Assembly: GCA_000165425.1 (NCBI GenBank)
Contig: CT868352.1
Span: 248,001 to 312,000 of the forward strand
Direction of reading: 5' to 3'
Source: Paramecium tetraurelia
Lineage: Eukaryota
DNA: 64,000 nucleotides
Made by a program: the position numbers and the translations under genes. Under the pieces are notes generated by a model. The model saw only the letters and a list, made by a program, of their open reading frames with translations, did no database searches and had not been told where the DNA came from. Below, one piece after another: positions 12,593 to 25,917 of the stretch (its first letter is position 1; the number at the start of each line of letters is the position of its first letter).

Positions 12593-13283
12593 TCAATTGA
12601 ATTGTTTAAATTCATTTAGATTTTCTACATCTTATCGAATTTCCTTCTTTTGCTATGTGATAAGTTCAAATTGATTCTACAATTTCTTATTCATTCTTTC
12701 CAATAAGGAACCGAAGCATTCTTGATACTATTGGTAGTGTTTTGCTTTGTGTTCGTTGGATTGCTTTTGATAATTGGCCACAAACTTGGTCAATTTGTTT
12801 TAATAATATTGCATTATGTTTTGAATGGTGAGATCCTCATCCTTGACTTCATAAATGGATTCCTAAATTTCTTGATATTTCTGTTGTTCCTTATACTCCT
12901 TCAATTTTTCATTGATCTGATGCAGACTCTCTTAATAGATATTTGATTTTTCGGTGCTCTATTTTAAGTGGATATTATTATTTTACAATTTGTCTTTTTA
13001 GAATGTAATTGGAGGCATCAATATTTGCATTCTAAACTTCTAATACAAGCTAGGTATTTTTGGTTTGACATAGATTAACTTAAAAAATGAATAATGTATT
13101 ACAAGCCCCTTGCAATGAATCATCATCAACAATCAAAACTGGATTGCTATCATCATCGTCTTGATAGATGACTTAATACATCGATTGAAGTTCATAGGCA
13201 AATCGTGCTTCGATTATTTCAATCAAACTATTGAAATCAATATTGCCAACTTTTATTTCTTATCCCTTATAATTGATTAACAT
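12593..13283 (-). CDS. PB1-like domain plus coiled-coil protein
   Basis: MLINYKGQEIKVGNIDFNSLIEIIEARF..YQVIYQDDDDSNPVLIVDDDSLQGA resembles a PB1 domain with an acidic OPCA motif; Gln/Lys/Glu-rich helical C-terminal half. Confidence 0.55.
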
Positions 13284-13295
13284 AATTTAATTAAC

Positions 13296-14160
13296 ATGGA
13301 TGAAGACAGACCAAAAACATCTTCGTTTTCTTTCTCCAGATTTGGTCGCAGGTTGGATTAGAGAAAGACCACTGGAACTAGATTCTACCAACAAAATGTT
13401 GTTGCGGTTCCTCCTATTAAATTGGAAAAGAAAGCAACTTAAAAAGGAGATTGGCTCTTCAGAAGAATAGATAGATCATAAGGATCAATCTACTCCCAAT
13501 AGCAGTAGGTTACTTAAGCAGAAAGAGATTACAAGCCTCATTTTGATATTATAGAGAAACATATTCCAACAATAAGTTTTGAAAAGCAGACAAAAAGAAG
13601 ATCTATGAGTCTGTCAAACAATCAATAGGATATTTCGAATGTGAAGATACCTCCTCCGAAAGTGAAGATGATGATTCCATTTGAAAAATAAGAAGGGAGA
13701 AAGGATGTGTAAAGAGATACAGTTGATAAATTTTATTAGCCAATGGATCAAATGAAAAACAACAATGCTCATTCCTTTGAATCCTATTCAGCAAGAAAAC
13801 CATTAGTGGAAAAGGATGCAATGCCAGATTATGAGATTTAGAAGAGTTTTAATTACATAAAATCAAGAAGGCAAACAGCAGTTGACTTTGGTAAGTCGTC
13901 CTAATAGAAGGAACATCTCCCTATAACATGTCTCCTAGATTATGATGTTAAATCAGGTCAAAAAATTAGGACGATCTAATTCAATAAGTAGATTCCCAGA
14001 GAGAAAAAAGCCTAGAACGAAATGTTCATAAAGTTGTTTCAACGGTTACAAGCCAAAGTCAATTGATTCAATCAAATTTTTACTATCCTTCATATCATAT
14101 GCACTATATAAAGAGTATAGATCAAGTAACTTATGTAACAAAGTTATTGTGTCTAATTAT
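13296..14160 (+). CDS. Hypothetical basic, low-complexity protein (3' end uncertain)
   Basis: Long ciliate-code frame MDEDRPKTSSFSFSRFGRRL..; requires an intron near 13710-13740. Confidence 0.45.
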
Positions 14161-14281
14161 TTGGTTGTTTTATATATTCAATATTCTAATGAATGAGGAA
14201 TTACAAATATTATGATAATGTTATAAAATTATTCAGTATTTATAGTTACGCACTAACTCAAAAAATGACTCATTAATATAA

Positions 14282-15476
14282 ATGAGTGAAAAGAAAGCAG
14301 CAGGAGGGCTTCAAGGAGTAGTTGCTGGATAATCAGCCATTTCTACAGTCGGAGTAGGTGGCATCGGCTTAAATTACAGAGGTTATGATATTAATGTAAG
14401 TTATAAGTTAAGATAATTTTAGGATCTTGCTTACAAATGTAATTTTGAGGAAGTCACTTATTTGTTATTAAAGGGTCATTTACCTAATTAGTAATAGCTA
14501 GATGAATTGAGAACTCTTATTTCTTAAAAGAGATAAATCCCATGCAAATTGAAATAGATTTTGGAGACTTTGCCTAAAGAATCCCATCCTATGGATATTA
14601 TGAGAACAGTAGCATCCCTTGTAGGTATATTGGAACCAGAAACAAAACCTGGTTAGGAATATGAAATAAGCATCAGATTAATTTCATTATTTGGTCCAGC
14701 TTTATTGTATTGGTACCATTACAGCAATTCTGGGATCAAAATAAATGAGAATACAGGAAAAGATTCCATTGCTGAAAACTTTCTTAAGCTCTATCATTTG
14801 AAAAGTGAAATAGATCCTTTGGTTGTCAAGACTTTTGATGTCTCCTTAATATTATATGCAGAGCATGATTTTGCTGCATCCACTTTTGCTGCTCGTGTTA
14901 CTGTGAGTACACTATCTGATTTTTATTCTGGAATCACAACTGCTATTGGAACTTTAAGAGGACCACTTCATGGTGGAGCTAATGAAGCAGCTATGCAATA
15001 TTTGGAACCTCTAAGAAGTATACAATAAGCAGATCAATTCTTGAATAGCAGATATCAAAGCAAATAATTGATTATGGGTTTTGGACATCGAGTCTACAAG
15101 AAGGAAGATCCACGATCTCCAATTATTAAAGATTTTTCTTTATAATTAAGTAAGACAGCTAATGGAGATCCTACCTTGTTGGCTGTTTCATAGCATATTG
15201 AAAAAAGAATGATTGAGGAGAAGAAGATCTATCCGAATCTTGACTTCTATAGTGCTAGTGCATATAAACAATGTGGGTATGATATATTTTTTTAAATTAA
15301 GCGTGCCTACTCCCATGTTCACAGCAATCTTTGTGATTTCTAGAATGACAGGATGGGGAGGACATCTCATTGAATAAAGAAGCAACAACAAATTGATGAG
15401 ACCTGTTTCAGATTACACTGGTCCTGCTAAGAAGTAATTTGTACCAATAGAAATGAGAAATAAAGCTAATTTATGA
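14282..15476 (+). CDS. prpC: 2-methylcitrate synthase / citrate synthase of bacterial PrpC type
   Basis: GLQGVVAGQSAISTVG..GLNYRGYDI.DLAYKCNFEEV, SHPMDIMRT, LLYWYHYSNSG, LILYAEHDFAASTFAARV, GTLRGPLHGGANE, IMGFGHRVY, YPNLDFYS; two tiny introns; ends KANL. Confidence 0.88.
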
Positions 15477-15954
15477 TAATCTATTATTAAATAGATAAAT
15501 GAAAATTTCATCATTTTATAGTTTTGTTAACCAAATTTCTAGAAGATAAAAATGTTGATCTTTTTAAAATTCAATCAACAGTAACTTTCTCTTTGATAAG
15601 TAAATTGTGAATTTATATTGATTTCCTAAAATTCAAACGTATTTTCATCTACTAACATGAAGATGAGGTTAAATATTATACGATAATAATAGAACTCAAA
15701 TTAAAAACGAGAGTGGAACATCCTAATATTCAAAATATTAATATCATATTCATTTATTTTATAAAGAAAAGTTATTACTTGATTTTTTAATGCAAAAATG
15801 GTTTACAATTGCTAATGATGGGAGTTCGTTTAGTGAGGATGTTATAGTATAATAATTTGGTTTACTGACTTAATTAGTGTATTCAATCAGAAGTATTATA
15901 ATAATTTTAATGTATTGAATTAATAGTGAATATTTGTATTGATTTTATAAACAT

Positions 15955-16713
15955 ATGATAAAAATTGATTTAATCGTTATTGGTAATCTAGGTATTTGAT
16001 ATATTCAAGATGATTAGGGTCTGGCAAAACAAGTCTGATACAGAGGTACATTGACTGTAAGATTTATCCTATAATTCAGAGGATGCTCCCTTTTAACATA
16101 ATTATCTTCCCACACTCGGATTGAATCTAGTGAAGAAGGAATTCGCTTATCAAGGACAGTAAATTAAATTATGTCTTTGGGATACAGCTGGATAGGATAA
16201 ATATTTTAGTCTCACAAAAAGTAGGTCTATTTTGTAAATATGAAGATTATTTTTAAAGAGCTGATGGAGTCATAATGGTATTTGACATTGCAGATAAAGA
16301 CAGTTTCAATCGCATTAGCGATTACTGGATTAAACAAGTCTAAGAATGTTCAAAAGCAAACTCGTAAACTATTCTGGTTGGCAATAAAATAGATTTGTGC
16401 GAAGTATAAAATGCCACATAATTAGAAACGATAAGTTAAATTCCTTGAAGTCTAGGAATTCTCATAGAAATACAAACTGCCTTATTTCGAAGTCAGGTTT
16501 CTTATCATAATTAAGGAAGTGCAAAGACTGGAGAAGGAGTGCAAGAGGCATTTAACTTTCTATCGCGAAAATGTACGGAATGCATTGAAACAGAAGTGAA
16601 TGAAGTGCAACATTTATAAATAGATACTGATAACAAAAAACGGGGATTTCAAGGATGTGTTAACACTATTATGGTATTTGTGCAATTTATAATAGAGCAT
16701 TTGGAAGAAATGA
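15955..16713 (+). CDS. Rab-family small GTPase (divergent)
   Basis: GNLGSGKTSL, PTLG, WDTAGQDKY, GNKIDL and FEVSAKTG; about six tiny introns. Confidence 0.9.
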
Positions 16714-16767
16714 TTAGTGATTAATTATTTTAAATATTATTATTATATTACAGTTTTACATTTAATA

Positions 16768-17575
16768 ATGTCAATGAAAAAAACACCCAATCAATCCTCA
16801 GGTATCCCATCTCATAATTCTATTTAAAAAGGTCCCAAGTTCATTAAGGATGTTACTAACAAATCTAGATCTGAGCATAATCAATCTTTTGATGCAACCT
16901 ATAGCAAAAATTACGCTCCCACCTTCAGCAATCAAAGCAGACTCAAAAGCTACAGTCAATAGGCAAATTTCTTGGATGATTTGGAAGAAGAATAGTATCC
17001 AAATTAAATTAATGTTGCAATTCAAAAAAGACCATTTGAATTAGCATTATAGAATGAACTTCAAAAAATGCTATCTAAAATCATTCAGGGATAACATCTG
17101 TCAATTGAAGATTGCTAATCAATTATTAGAGCAATTGATGAATGCATTTAAGAGAGTTTGCAAACTTTGAGATTGAAAGATGCTGAAGTATCACTATTTT
17201 ATAATGATTACAGGTTCAAAATGTCAAACAAACATACGAATTGAAAATACATCAATACGAAAACACCATTTTGGCATTGGAAAATGAAGTTCAAGAACTT
17301 AAACATATGATTACCTTAAATCCCAACGATTCGATTAATTTCAAATTATAATAGTTGGAATAGGAAAATGAAATGCTTAAACTATAGAATCAACAAGCCA
17401 TTAAATTGGCTGTGTAAGGAAGAACTAAGAAACAGGAAAAGGAACTCTATGAGGCCATGAATAGTAGCAAATCAAAACAAAAAGCTTAAGTCAATAATTA
17501 TTCAATCTTGCTAAACTAGCAATAATAATAAAATTTATTAATAAGATAAGAAGATTAAATCATAGTTATTTTGAT
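16768..17575 (+). CDS. Hypothetical coiled-coil protein (3' end approximate)
   Basis: Long ciliate-code ORF MSMKKTPNQSSG.. with Q/E/K/L heptads and one tiny intron near 17190-17212. Confidence 0.5.
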
Positions 17576-17666
17576 TCTTATTATTTTTCATATATTCAAT
17601 TAATTTTAGTACGAGTCAATTAATTTGAGTAAAAATTCTTTGATTTTTATGATCTTGAATTTTGAT

Positions 17667-18496
17667 TCAATCTTTAACTTTAATATTCAACGACCTAAGC
17701 AGGTTATTCGTAAGATTAGTTTTCATCAGAGTCAATATCTAATGGAGTCTTTGTAAAATATACCTAAATTAGTGCTGATTTCATGACTATCGAGCATATC
17801 ATTCATTTCCCTTATAAATAGATTCACAGAATCCTCTGTTCCCATAATCCTGTCTTGCATCTCCTGATTCTCATTTTCAATATTTCTTAACTTCAATATT
17901 AAGTAGATTTACTTTTGAATCAATCGTTTTATTGGCTGAATTTCTCCTTAACTCATTTTCTAAAGATGTCACTATTAATTCTTTTTGTTTTATTTTCTAT
18001 AGAAGATCCTGTTCTTTTAGTTTTTAATTTGTTATATTCTCCATTATTTCCTACTCCTTGATTTACAGATTTTTAATCTCTGTCTCTTTAGAAGCGATCA
18101 CCTACAAAAAGGATTTCCTTATTTTATCATTTTTGTTTCTAGAAAACTGAAGGCGAACCTTCAGGAATGCAAAATGCAAATTCCTTTTTTATTTTTTTTG
18201 AATAATCGCTCCAACTTACTTATATTTTAATGCAATCTATGTAAAGAGTACTTTAAAATGATTAGCACTGTATTTATTAGATTGCTTTAGTTTTCTAAAT
18301 GCGTAAAACTTCTACTGGTTTCCTCTACTATAATCAGTTAGAATTACTTTAATTTTATTATCAAGGCTAACTTTCTTATTGATATTTCCATCTTTAAGAA
18401 TACTAACTAATATTTTGCCATCATATTAAGAGTCTCAGTATGAATAACTTGTTCTCTTAATTTATTTTTTTACACATCTAATTCATCAGATGACAT
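17667..18496 (-). CDS. Hypothetical coiled-coil protein (3' end approximate)
   Basis: MSSDELDVQKNKLREQVIHTETL.. is an open ciliate-code frame rich in E/K/Q. Confidence 0.5.
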
Positions 18497-18603
18497 TTAA
18501 TATTTTTAATAATATCAATATAGTTTTTTGTTAAAATATAGTGGCATTTCTTATTCTAAGCGAACCTTTTGAGGGATGATTTCACTTGATTTCAATATTT
18601 TAT

Positions 18604-21258
18604 TCACAAAGCCAATCCATAACTAACAAACTCTATATAATCTATTACTTATGTATTTTATTCTAACTCATCAAATTTCTGAATTACATCTGAAAGATCC
18701 TTTATTTTGTTCTAATTTATCTGAAAAATAGAATCAGGAACCACAATGTTCGGTGATGCAATATTAGATTTGGATATCTAACCTTGTTTCTTGCTAAGTT
18801 CCTCTAATTCTTCAATGATACTCTTCATATTTTCTCTAAGTTATTATGTAATAATTGCTTGGATAAATTAACTTTAAATTAGTTATTCTATTTTACCTAG
18901 TTTTAATAGTTTCAAAGATAAATTGTGTCAATTACTTTCCTTCTTGTAACTTGCTTTTTTGAATCAATAATTCGCATAAGAAACAACCCTATAATAAAAT
19001 TGCTTAAAATATGATAGTCAAGTATTCAAATACAGAATTATCCAAATTTTTTAACTACAAACAATACTTTTGGAATTGAGTGATAACTTATTGAAAATTT
19101 GTTGAAGTTACTATTGAAGGCACTTAAAAGTTAGAGATAATATTATTTATGAAGGTATATTTAGAATAATCTTGTTAGAACATCTAATCAAAATTTTGAG
19201 GGAATATTCCTGAATTGGAAATGAAATATTTTTTATATTCATTGATTTGTTAAGGATATTTCAGAATTGGATTTAATATCTTTAATTCTTCCTATTAGTA
19301 ATATATTAATATAATACATCTAGAATAGTATATCTAACAAAATAATGTCTATTTGAATTTCCCTAAAGAAATTCTTCAAAATACTAATATTTAGTTAAAG
19401 CTATGCCAATCTGACTTTTTGGATAAATTATTTTATGCTCTGCAGCTCTTTACAAAATTCGAGATTTTATTTACAATACCTTTTATTGATCAAACAGCAT
19501 CAAAAGTTCTTAGTTTTTCTGTTCAATAAATTTCTCTAATTCATTACCTAATGGAACCAATCTCTTTTAATTTATTTATTCACAATGTTCATAGATTAAA
19601 CCTGATACATTAGTGTTCATATTAGTCTTTCCTTGAGCTTCAGCAAACACAACAGGAAATTCCACTTGAGTCACAACTCTATCATTAAACTTCCACCAAA
19701 ATTTCCCATCATAAATAAAACAATAATAATGACCACTTAAAGCAGTACCAGAGTGAATTAATAGAGCAGTTAGTTGATATATAGTTTTCTTAGCTTCAAT
19801 TACTCGTCTTTTCTGCTCTTCTATTTTAATAAACTCCATCTATAATTGCTATTTTTTGATCTTAAAGGCTTCTTGATACAAGGACAATTATTTAGCCATT
19901 TCTAGATGACTTTAGAGATTTGGTTAAGGATCGATGATAAACTGTTCATTGGGCTATTTAGTAAAAAGCTTGATTAAACCTTCGAATTAAGTATCTGATT
20001 AAATGTCTCCACATTATTCTAATTTTTATAAGATTTCTTGTTCTTTTTTTAGTAACTCTTGCATTTCTTTAGATTAATTTATTGAATCATCCTATATGAA
20101 TTAGCTAATATCAATTGTCTAAAATATAAAAATATGTGATTACTGAGGGGAAAGTAAAGACCTTATTATTTTTAATAAGTTGATTTTAATTAGTATCATA
20201 TAGCACTCTATTGAGATAGAATTATAATATCTTTGGGACTGTTTTAATGTTTTGATGAATTAAGGCCTTGGTGAAAACCTTCTCTGAAATTTCATAGTCA
20301 TCTATATATAGAATTCTAGAGGAGGTAAATGCTTTTAATAGGTTTTCTTCATTTGCCTCTATCGTGATCGAGCTATATTAGGTTGGATTAGTTTTGACAA
20401 CTTTATTATTAACAATAATGTTTTCTTCTGATTAGCCATAAAATATAGATTTGAATTCTTGGATTACTTATTCATTGTTTAAATCGAGCAAAGAGCTTTC
20501 TATTGCATCCAAAAACATCAGCTATAATTCATTATAATCATTTTATTCACCCTTAATAGTTAGAATATCTAGAAGGATAACTAACAGAATTACTTGGTTT
20601 ATATTCTTGAAGGGATGTAATTAATTCACAAGGATTTATATAGTTCCTATTGCCTGATTACATTAAGGCAAAAAGCTCCTTTAATTTTTAGATCACCTTT
20701 TATCCATTATTCTTTGAACTAGGCAGTTACACATTAAAGATCAGTTGCCTGAATGGAGTCACATTGAACATATATTAAAGCATTATGTTGATGTAGCAAG
20801 CTAAAGATGTGAATGATATTTTACTATTGCCTAGGTTAATTAAACCTGTTGGCTTCCAATTTGGAGAGTTGATTTAATTCGTTCGATATAATTCTTAGAG
20901 AGTTGGCAGATCACATTTCCTATTTGATTTTAGATAATAGAATACTGTAGATCATCTACTGTTTGAATAAATATGGAGTTGCGCATTTATTTTTGATCAG
21001 TTTAAGTTTTGAGATTAAGTTGCGATTATAGTAGATCTTTGCTCACAGTACCTTTGGCATTTCTAAATTAGATTGATTGTACACTTATTAGATTAGTACA
21101 TCATGAAAGAGATACTAATCTTGATTGCATTTTTGCCAGGCTTGCAATATCTATGATTAGGTAAATCCATAGGCCTAATATTATTTTAAAATCTGATCGA
21201 GTTAGTGTTGGGTGAATCTAAAACTTTTTAGTTGATTTGCCTAAGTATAATTCTACAT
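18604..21258 (-). CDS. Ubiquitin carboxyl-terminal hydrolase (USP/peptidase C19), USP25/28/Ubp2-like architecture
   Basis: Cys box WKPTGLINLGNTCYINIMLQ (split by a tiny intron); His box LLIHSGTALSGHYYCFIYDGKFWWKFNDRVV. Coiled-coil insertion before the His box and a helical C-terminal extension. 3' end approximate. Confidence 0.85.
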
Positions 21259-21376
21259 TGTTTAATTGAATTTATTAATGTAATATAAACAAATAAATTA
21301 AAATAGAATAAATAAAATAAATAAATATGTAGTTACTGAAAAATAGTTGATTTATAACAATTATGCTTTATAACAT

Positions 21377-23566
21377 TCATTATTTTTCACATTTTAATTT
21401 AATGAGCTATTCTTTAATTTCATCATAATTAATTAATTGAAAAAAGTCTTCTAGACTAGATTGTTTTAGATATCTAATGTTGTTGTAACTAGCTTCGATG
21501 ATAATGACTAGATTTTCTTAAGATTAGAATTAGTCAAGTAAATTTTCATAAAACTATTTGAATTGCTCGTCTTTACAATAGTTATCAATCTTTGAGAGAC
21601 AAAGAATTTTGAATGTTTTATCGTTTGATAAATATTTTTAGCAAAATTAATTAACATTTTGAATCAATTCTTAAATTGATTAAGGATGATCTTCATTGGA
21701 AAAGGTTATAAGTTCCAAATTTTTATTTGTATAATATTTCTATTATTAAAAATATGATTTACTTCAAAGTATTTTTTTAATATCTATATTAACAAACTAA
21801 AATTTTCTTTAGAGCAATCCTAGCTATGAATAATGATGATTTATTTATTAATTTATAAGTAATTAATTTTTTTTTCAAAACTTAGTAATTCTTTCATATC
21901 TAATTAATTTTATCCTTTAACTAATCTGATGACAAACTTTTGAGAGAGTTGATGTTATTTTTGCAGATATTTATTTTAATTGATTGGGTAATTATCATTA
22001 AGTTTATTTTGAAACACATGATATTCAAAACAACAACACACATTTTTTTCTTTTTCTTTGTTCTAAATCTATAATCCAATCGGTATATTAATATTTAAGA
22101 TCTCACTGCTTAGAGTTTGATTATTTTTTATATTGAGACTAATTGAAATATCATCAAATCTAGATTCATAATTGTTGCAATTATGTTCATTAACCTAGCA
22201 TTATTCATCTTCATTGTCATGATAAATTTAACCTAAACAACCTTTTTCACATTATTCCACACTTTTATACTGTTTTCCGCAAAAATGATTGAATCTTTAT
22301 TTAGAGCATTTTAAGTGCAATTAATGAGATTTTGTATATCCAATCTTCGCAGGATCTTTCAAACATTCTTAGTCATGTTCATGAAAGCAACAGCATATTT
22401 TAACGCTTATTGGATTTTCTTTTAAATAGACTTTAAACAGCTCATCTACTTTTTTCTTTGCTATATCGTATGAATCTTTAAAGCTTTTGTTTTCAATCAA
22501 TTATTTATAAAAATATCTCCAAAATTAGTTTCCTAAATTGTCATCTTAATTGAAAAGCTTTACTTATCCTACAAAGGTTACTGATGCAAAGTTTTACACA
22601 TTTTCAATTAAATATGGATTATTATCATTTGCCTGTGGAACCTATATTATATCCTTCGCTATCATCGAACTTATGCAAATCAACCTTAATCGTTTGAGTT
22701 TTCTTTAATGATATGACATTATTTAAATGAGACCATCCAGAGTCAATTTTTCTACAAGACTACCCTCTTATAGTTCAAAATAATAACCAGAATTCAAATC
22801 ATAATCCCCATTCATTATTAAATGCAATATTTAGGGATTCCATTTCATAGCTTCATCCAAATTGTCCCTTGTAGCCAATAAAATTTCATATTCTATTTCT
22901 TTGGCTGAATTTTTAATTTCAGCTTCAATATTCTTTATTTCACCCTCATAATCAGTAAATAGCGCTTCTTATATATTATTCTCCAATTATATCAAAGGAC
23001 TGCTATAAAGTACAACAATATCAACTTCTTTCTTTTTTTTAATTTTAATCTGCTCCTTGGCTAAGTCGTACATATCATTTAAATCTTCCTTCATCTCTTG
23101 AAACAACTGCTTTTATTTATCTAACTCGTTCATTAATTTCTATTGCTCTTAATTTAATTTTTCTTTTTTCTCCTCGCACTCTAAAAAATCTATATCAAAC
23201 CCTTTAATGTTCCAATAATTGATTTCATAAATTAACTTTATCTCCAAAGTTTCTGGCATTCCAAAAAATTCTTGGGGAAAACTGAATAAATTATTATTAG
23301 CATCAAATACTTGTTTTTCCTATTAAAATTTACTTTAGGATTTGTCGAAAAATTCTATCATAATTTTTTTTGAAAATACCAAAATGTATTTATTTCAAAT
23401 CTGATGGCTATAGTAAACTCCTTTTCTCTAAAAATCTTATAAATCTCTCTTTTGTGATTGTATACATCTAATTGATTTTTTTTAAAGGCAATTTAATCTC
23501 CTCCTCCTAATATTAAGTAGCAAAATTGTTCAAGACCACAAATCGTACTAGAAAAGGTTCCTTCAT
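21377..23566 (-). CDS. CHAT-like (caspase-fold) domain, Cys/His-rich segment and degenerate P-loop-like domain; 729 aa, intronless
   Basis: VDIVVLYSSPL..DYEGEIKNI..ATRDNLDEAMKWNPQILHLIMNG..LRLICISSMIA..FWRYFYKQLIENKSFKDSYDIAK follows the CHAT pattern, then CCCFHEHDQEC. The ORF is 2190 nt, exactly 730 codons. Confidence 0.6.
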
Positions 23567-24245
23567 TATAGAAGAAAATTATCTTTTAATAAAAATAAAT
23601 AAAATCACTTGTTATACAAACTATGCTTTCCAACTTAAAATTAAACTTACTATCTGACTCAGAACTGTTACTAGGTTACATTAATTATGAAAATATCTCA
23701 AGAGAAAGATTGTCAAAAAAATAATATTTATATATATTTTATTATGTTAATACCTCCAAAGACAAAAAGAAATTAAACTATTGATTAAGGAGAGTACCTA
23801 TTTTAGTAGAGAAAAAACTTCGATCCTTATATTGAGATGATGAAGAAGCAACAGTAACAGGAAATTAATTAATTTCGAAAAGCATTTGCAAATATTGCTT
23901 CATCTAGAATTCATGCATAACACATGAATGAAAAAAGAGACTAAATTGTAACAATTCGTAAAATTTAGTTCTAAGGTATTGACTGTCCATAAAAAAAAAA
24001 GAATCTAAGCAAAATCAGAATTCAAGTTACCGACCTTAGGTTAGGGAGAAAGGACAGAAAGAGTGAGAATTAAATTTCCTCCCTAGAGAATTAAGAAAAT
24101 CTTCGTTTGATATATATATAAATTCTTAAATAATAATTTTCCTTTTTGTAATGACGCAAAACCTCGAGATTCTCGTTTTAATATGAAATAATACAAAACT
24201 AATAGCGGATGATTTAAGTTTATCTATAATATTAAATATTGTTAA

Positions 24246-24900
24246 ATGAGTGCTCAAGTATTATTTCGGGTGAAATGCTCAACAGAATTTAGTTAAATGG
24301 TGAGAATCGTTGGAAACACTCCAAAATTAGGGAATTGGAATCCATAACAAGGATTTAAATTAATAACCAATAATGAAATGTATCCTATTTGGTATGGTGA
24401 TTATGCTTTGGAAGTTGAACTAAGTATATTCTTTTTATAATTCTAGATTAACTAGTCGAATTCAAAATAATAATCACTGATGGGTGCAATTCTTTTTGGG
24501 AATGTGGCGAAAATCGATCTCTTTAAATATAGGGATAGAAATTAGTGGTTGTTTTGACTTACAACTTGCCATCCGTCTTTATTTACAACATTAAAAGAAT
24601 ATTTTCTGACTCTGATCTCACTACAATCGCTTAAGGTAATTTAAATTAAATAAAATCTAGGAAGAACAAGAAAAGTTTCCATTTAACTGAAAGACAAGTT
24701 ATATGATTCAGACGATGACTCAGTAATTTATTTTTTTCATTCTTTTCTAGGATTCAGAATAAGACAGTGATGTAAATTCCTTATTTTAAGATGAAATCAT
24801 TTCATGTAATTCAAATGAAACCATTTCAAATTCTCCAAATTCTTCTCATTTCGAGCCAATCTTTTAGCTCGCCTCCGAACTGGGAACAGGTGAAAATTGA
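24246..24900 (+). CDS. CBM20 starch/glycogen-binding domain protein with acidic Ser-rich tail
   Basis: VLFRVKCSTEFSQMVRIVGNTPKLGNWNP..YPIW..VEFKIII..WECGENR; three tiny introns. Confidence 0.85.
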
Positions 24901-25917
24901 TTTTGCTAATCTCCACATTAACTTAAATTAATATAGATAAGTTCTATTTTTAAAAGTATTAACTTTATTTGAGTAATTTCAGAATTTCATTCTCTAACAT
25001 TTTCTCCTTGAAAAGACAAATTATTTGCCTTAATAACATCAATCAATCTAAATTATCAGTACTTTTTAATTGTTAATCTCTACACATTTTAATTAAAACT
25101 AATTGTAATATTCTAAACAAATTTTCAAATATTACCAATTAAATGATTTATCATTAACTATATTTATTAAATAAAAAATAAAATTTATACATTCATTTTT
25201 ATAAAAATAATTCTCAAAATAAAGTCATAAATTCCTTAATGTCAATTCATAATTTATTAACAATTTATGAGATTATAAAAAACTAGTTCAGAAGTATACA
25301 TAAAACATGTTCTTAAAAATAGAAAACACCTTTATTACCCATACTAAGAGGGAATGATAATATATTAAATTAGCCGAATTTTACAACCAGAATATCAGAA
25401 TTGAATAGGCTTAATCTAAAGATATTCTTAATAAATTAATTTTGCAGCACTTAATTATAAATAATTCACTTCAAATCTGATAATTATCAATAAACAAATT
25501 AGTTAAATCTATTGACAATATAGAGTTCAGTTAATTAATTCATAAATTATTACATCAAAAATTGATCTATGAAACAACAACAAACAAATTTATATAGTTT
25601 AAATCCCAAAAAAAATGAATTAAATATATAATCTATAAGTTTAGAAAATAGCCAAGGGAAACTACACAAAAGTAAGAAAGACCATTTGATTTTTAGTTTT
25701 GACTATTCTTAATAGTTTATTAAGGCTTCAAAATTTAAAAAAAAGCTTTTTCTTGATTTCATTAAAAAATAGATTGTGAATTATCTTTTAAATGCAAAAA
25801 TAGTATATTTCATTCAAATAATTTTAGCAAGACTCCTGGATCATATCAAACAAATCAAAATAATAGTTTTGCAATAACACAATAGGTTTAATTAATATAA
25901 ATATTAAAATATAAAAT

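Noticed and set aside
12194..12946. Track ORFs at 12194-12403 (-), 12400-12615 (-) and 12722-12946 (+)
   Set aside because: They are antisense shadows of the Josephin and PB1-like genes, produced by using the standard code.
3577..21258. Apparent ubiquitin-system cluster (UBL, F-box/cullin-like, Josephin, USP)
   Set aside because: The genes are interspersed with unrelated ones and these families are large, so chance is a sufficient explanation without synteny data.
23570..23990. Upstream minus-strand frame from ATG 23990 as an extension of the CHAT-like gene
   Set aside because: It is in a different frame from the 2190-nt ORF, has Phe-rich non-coding-like composition, and has no convincing joining intron.
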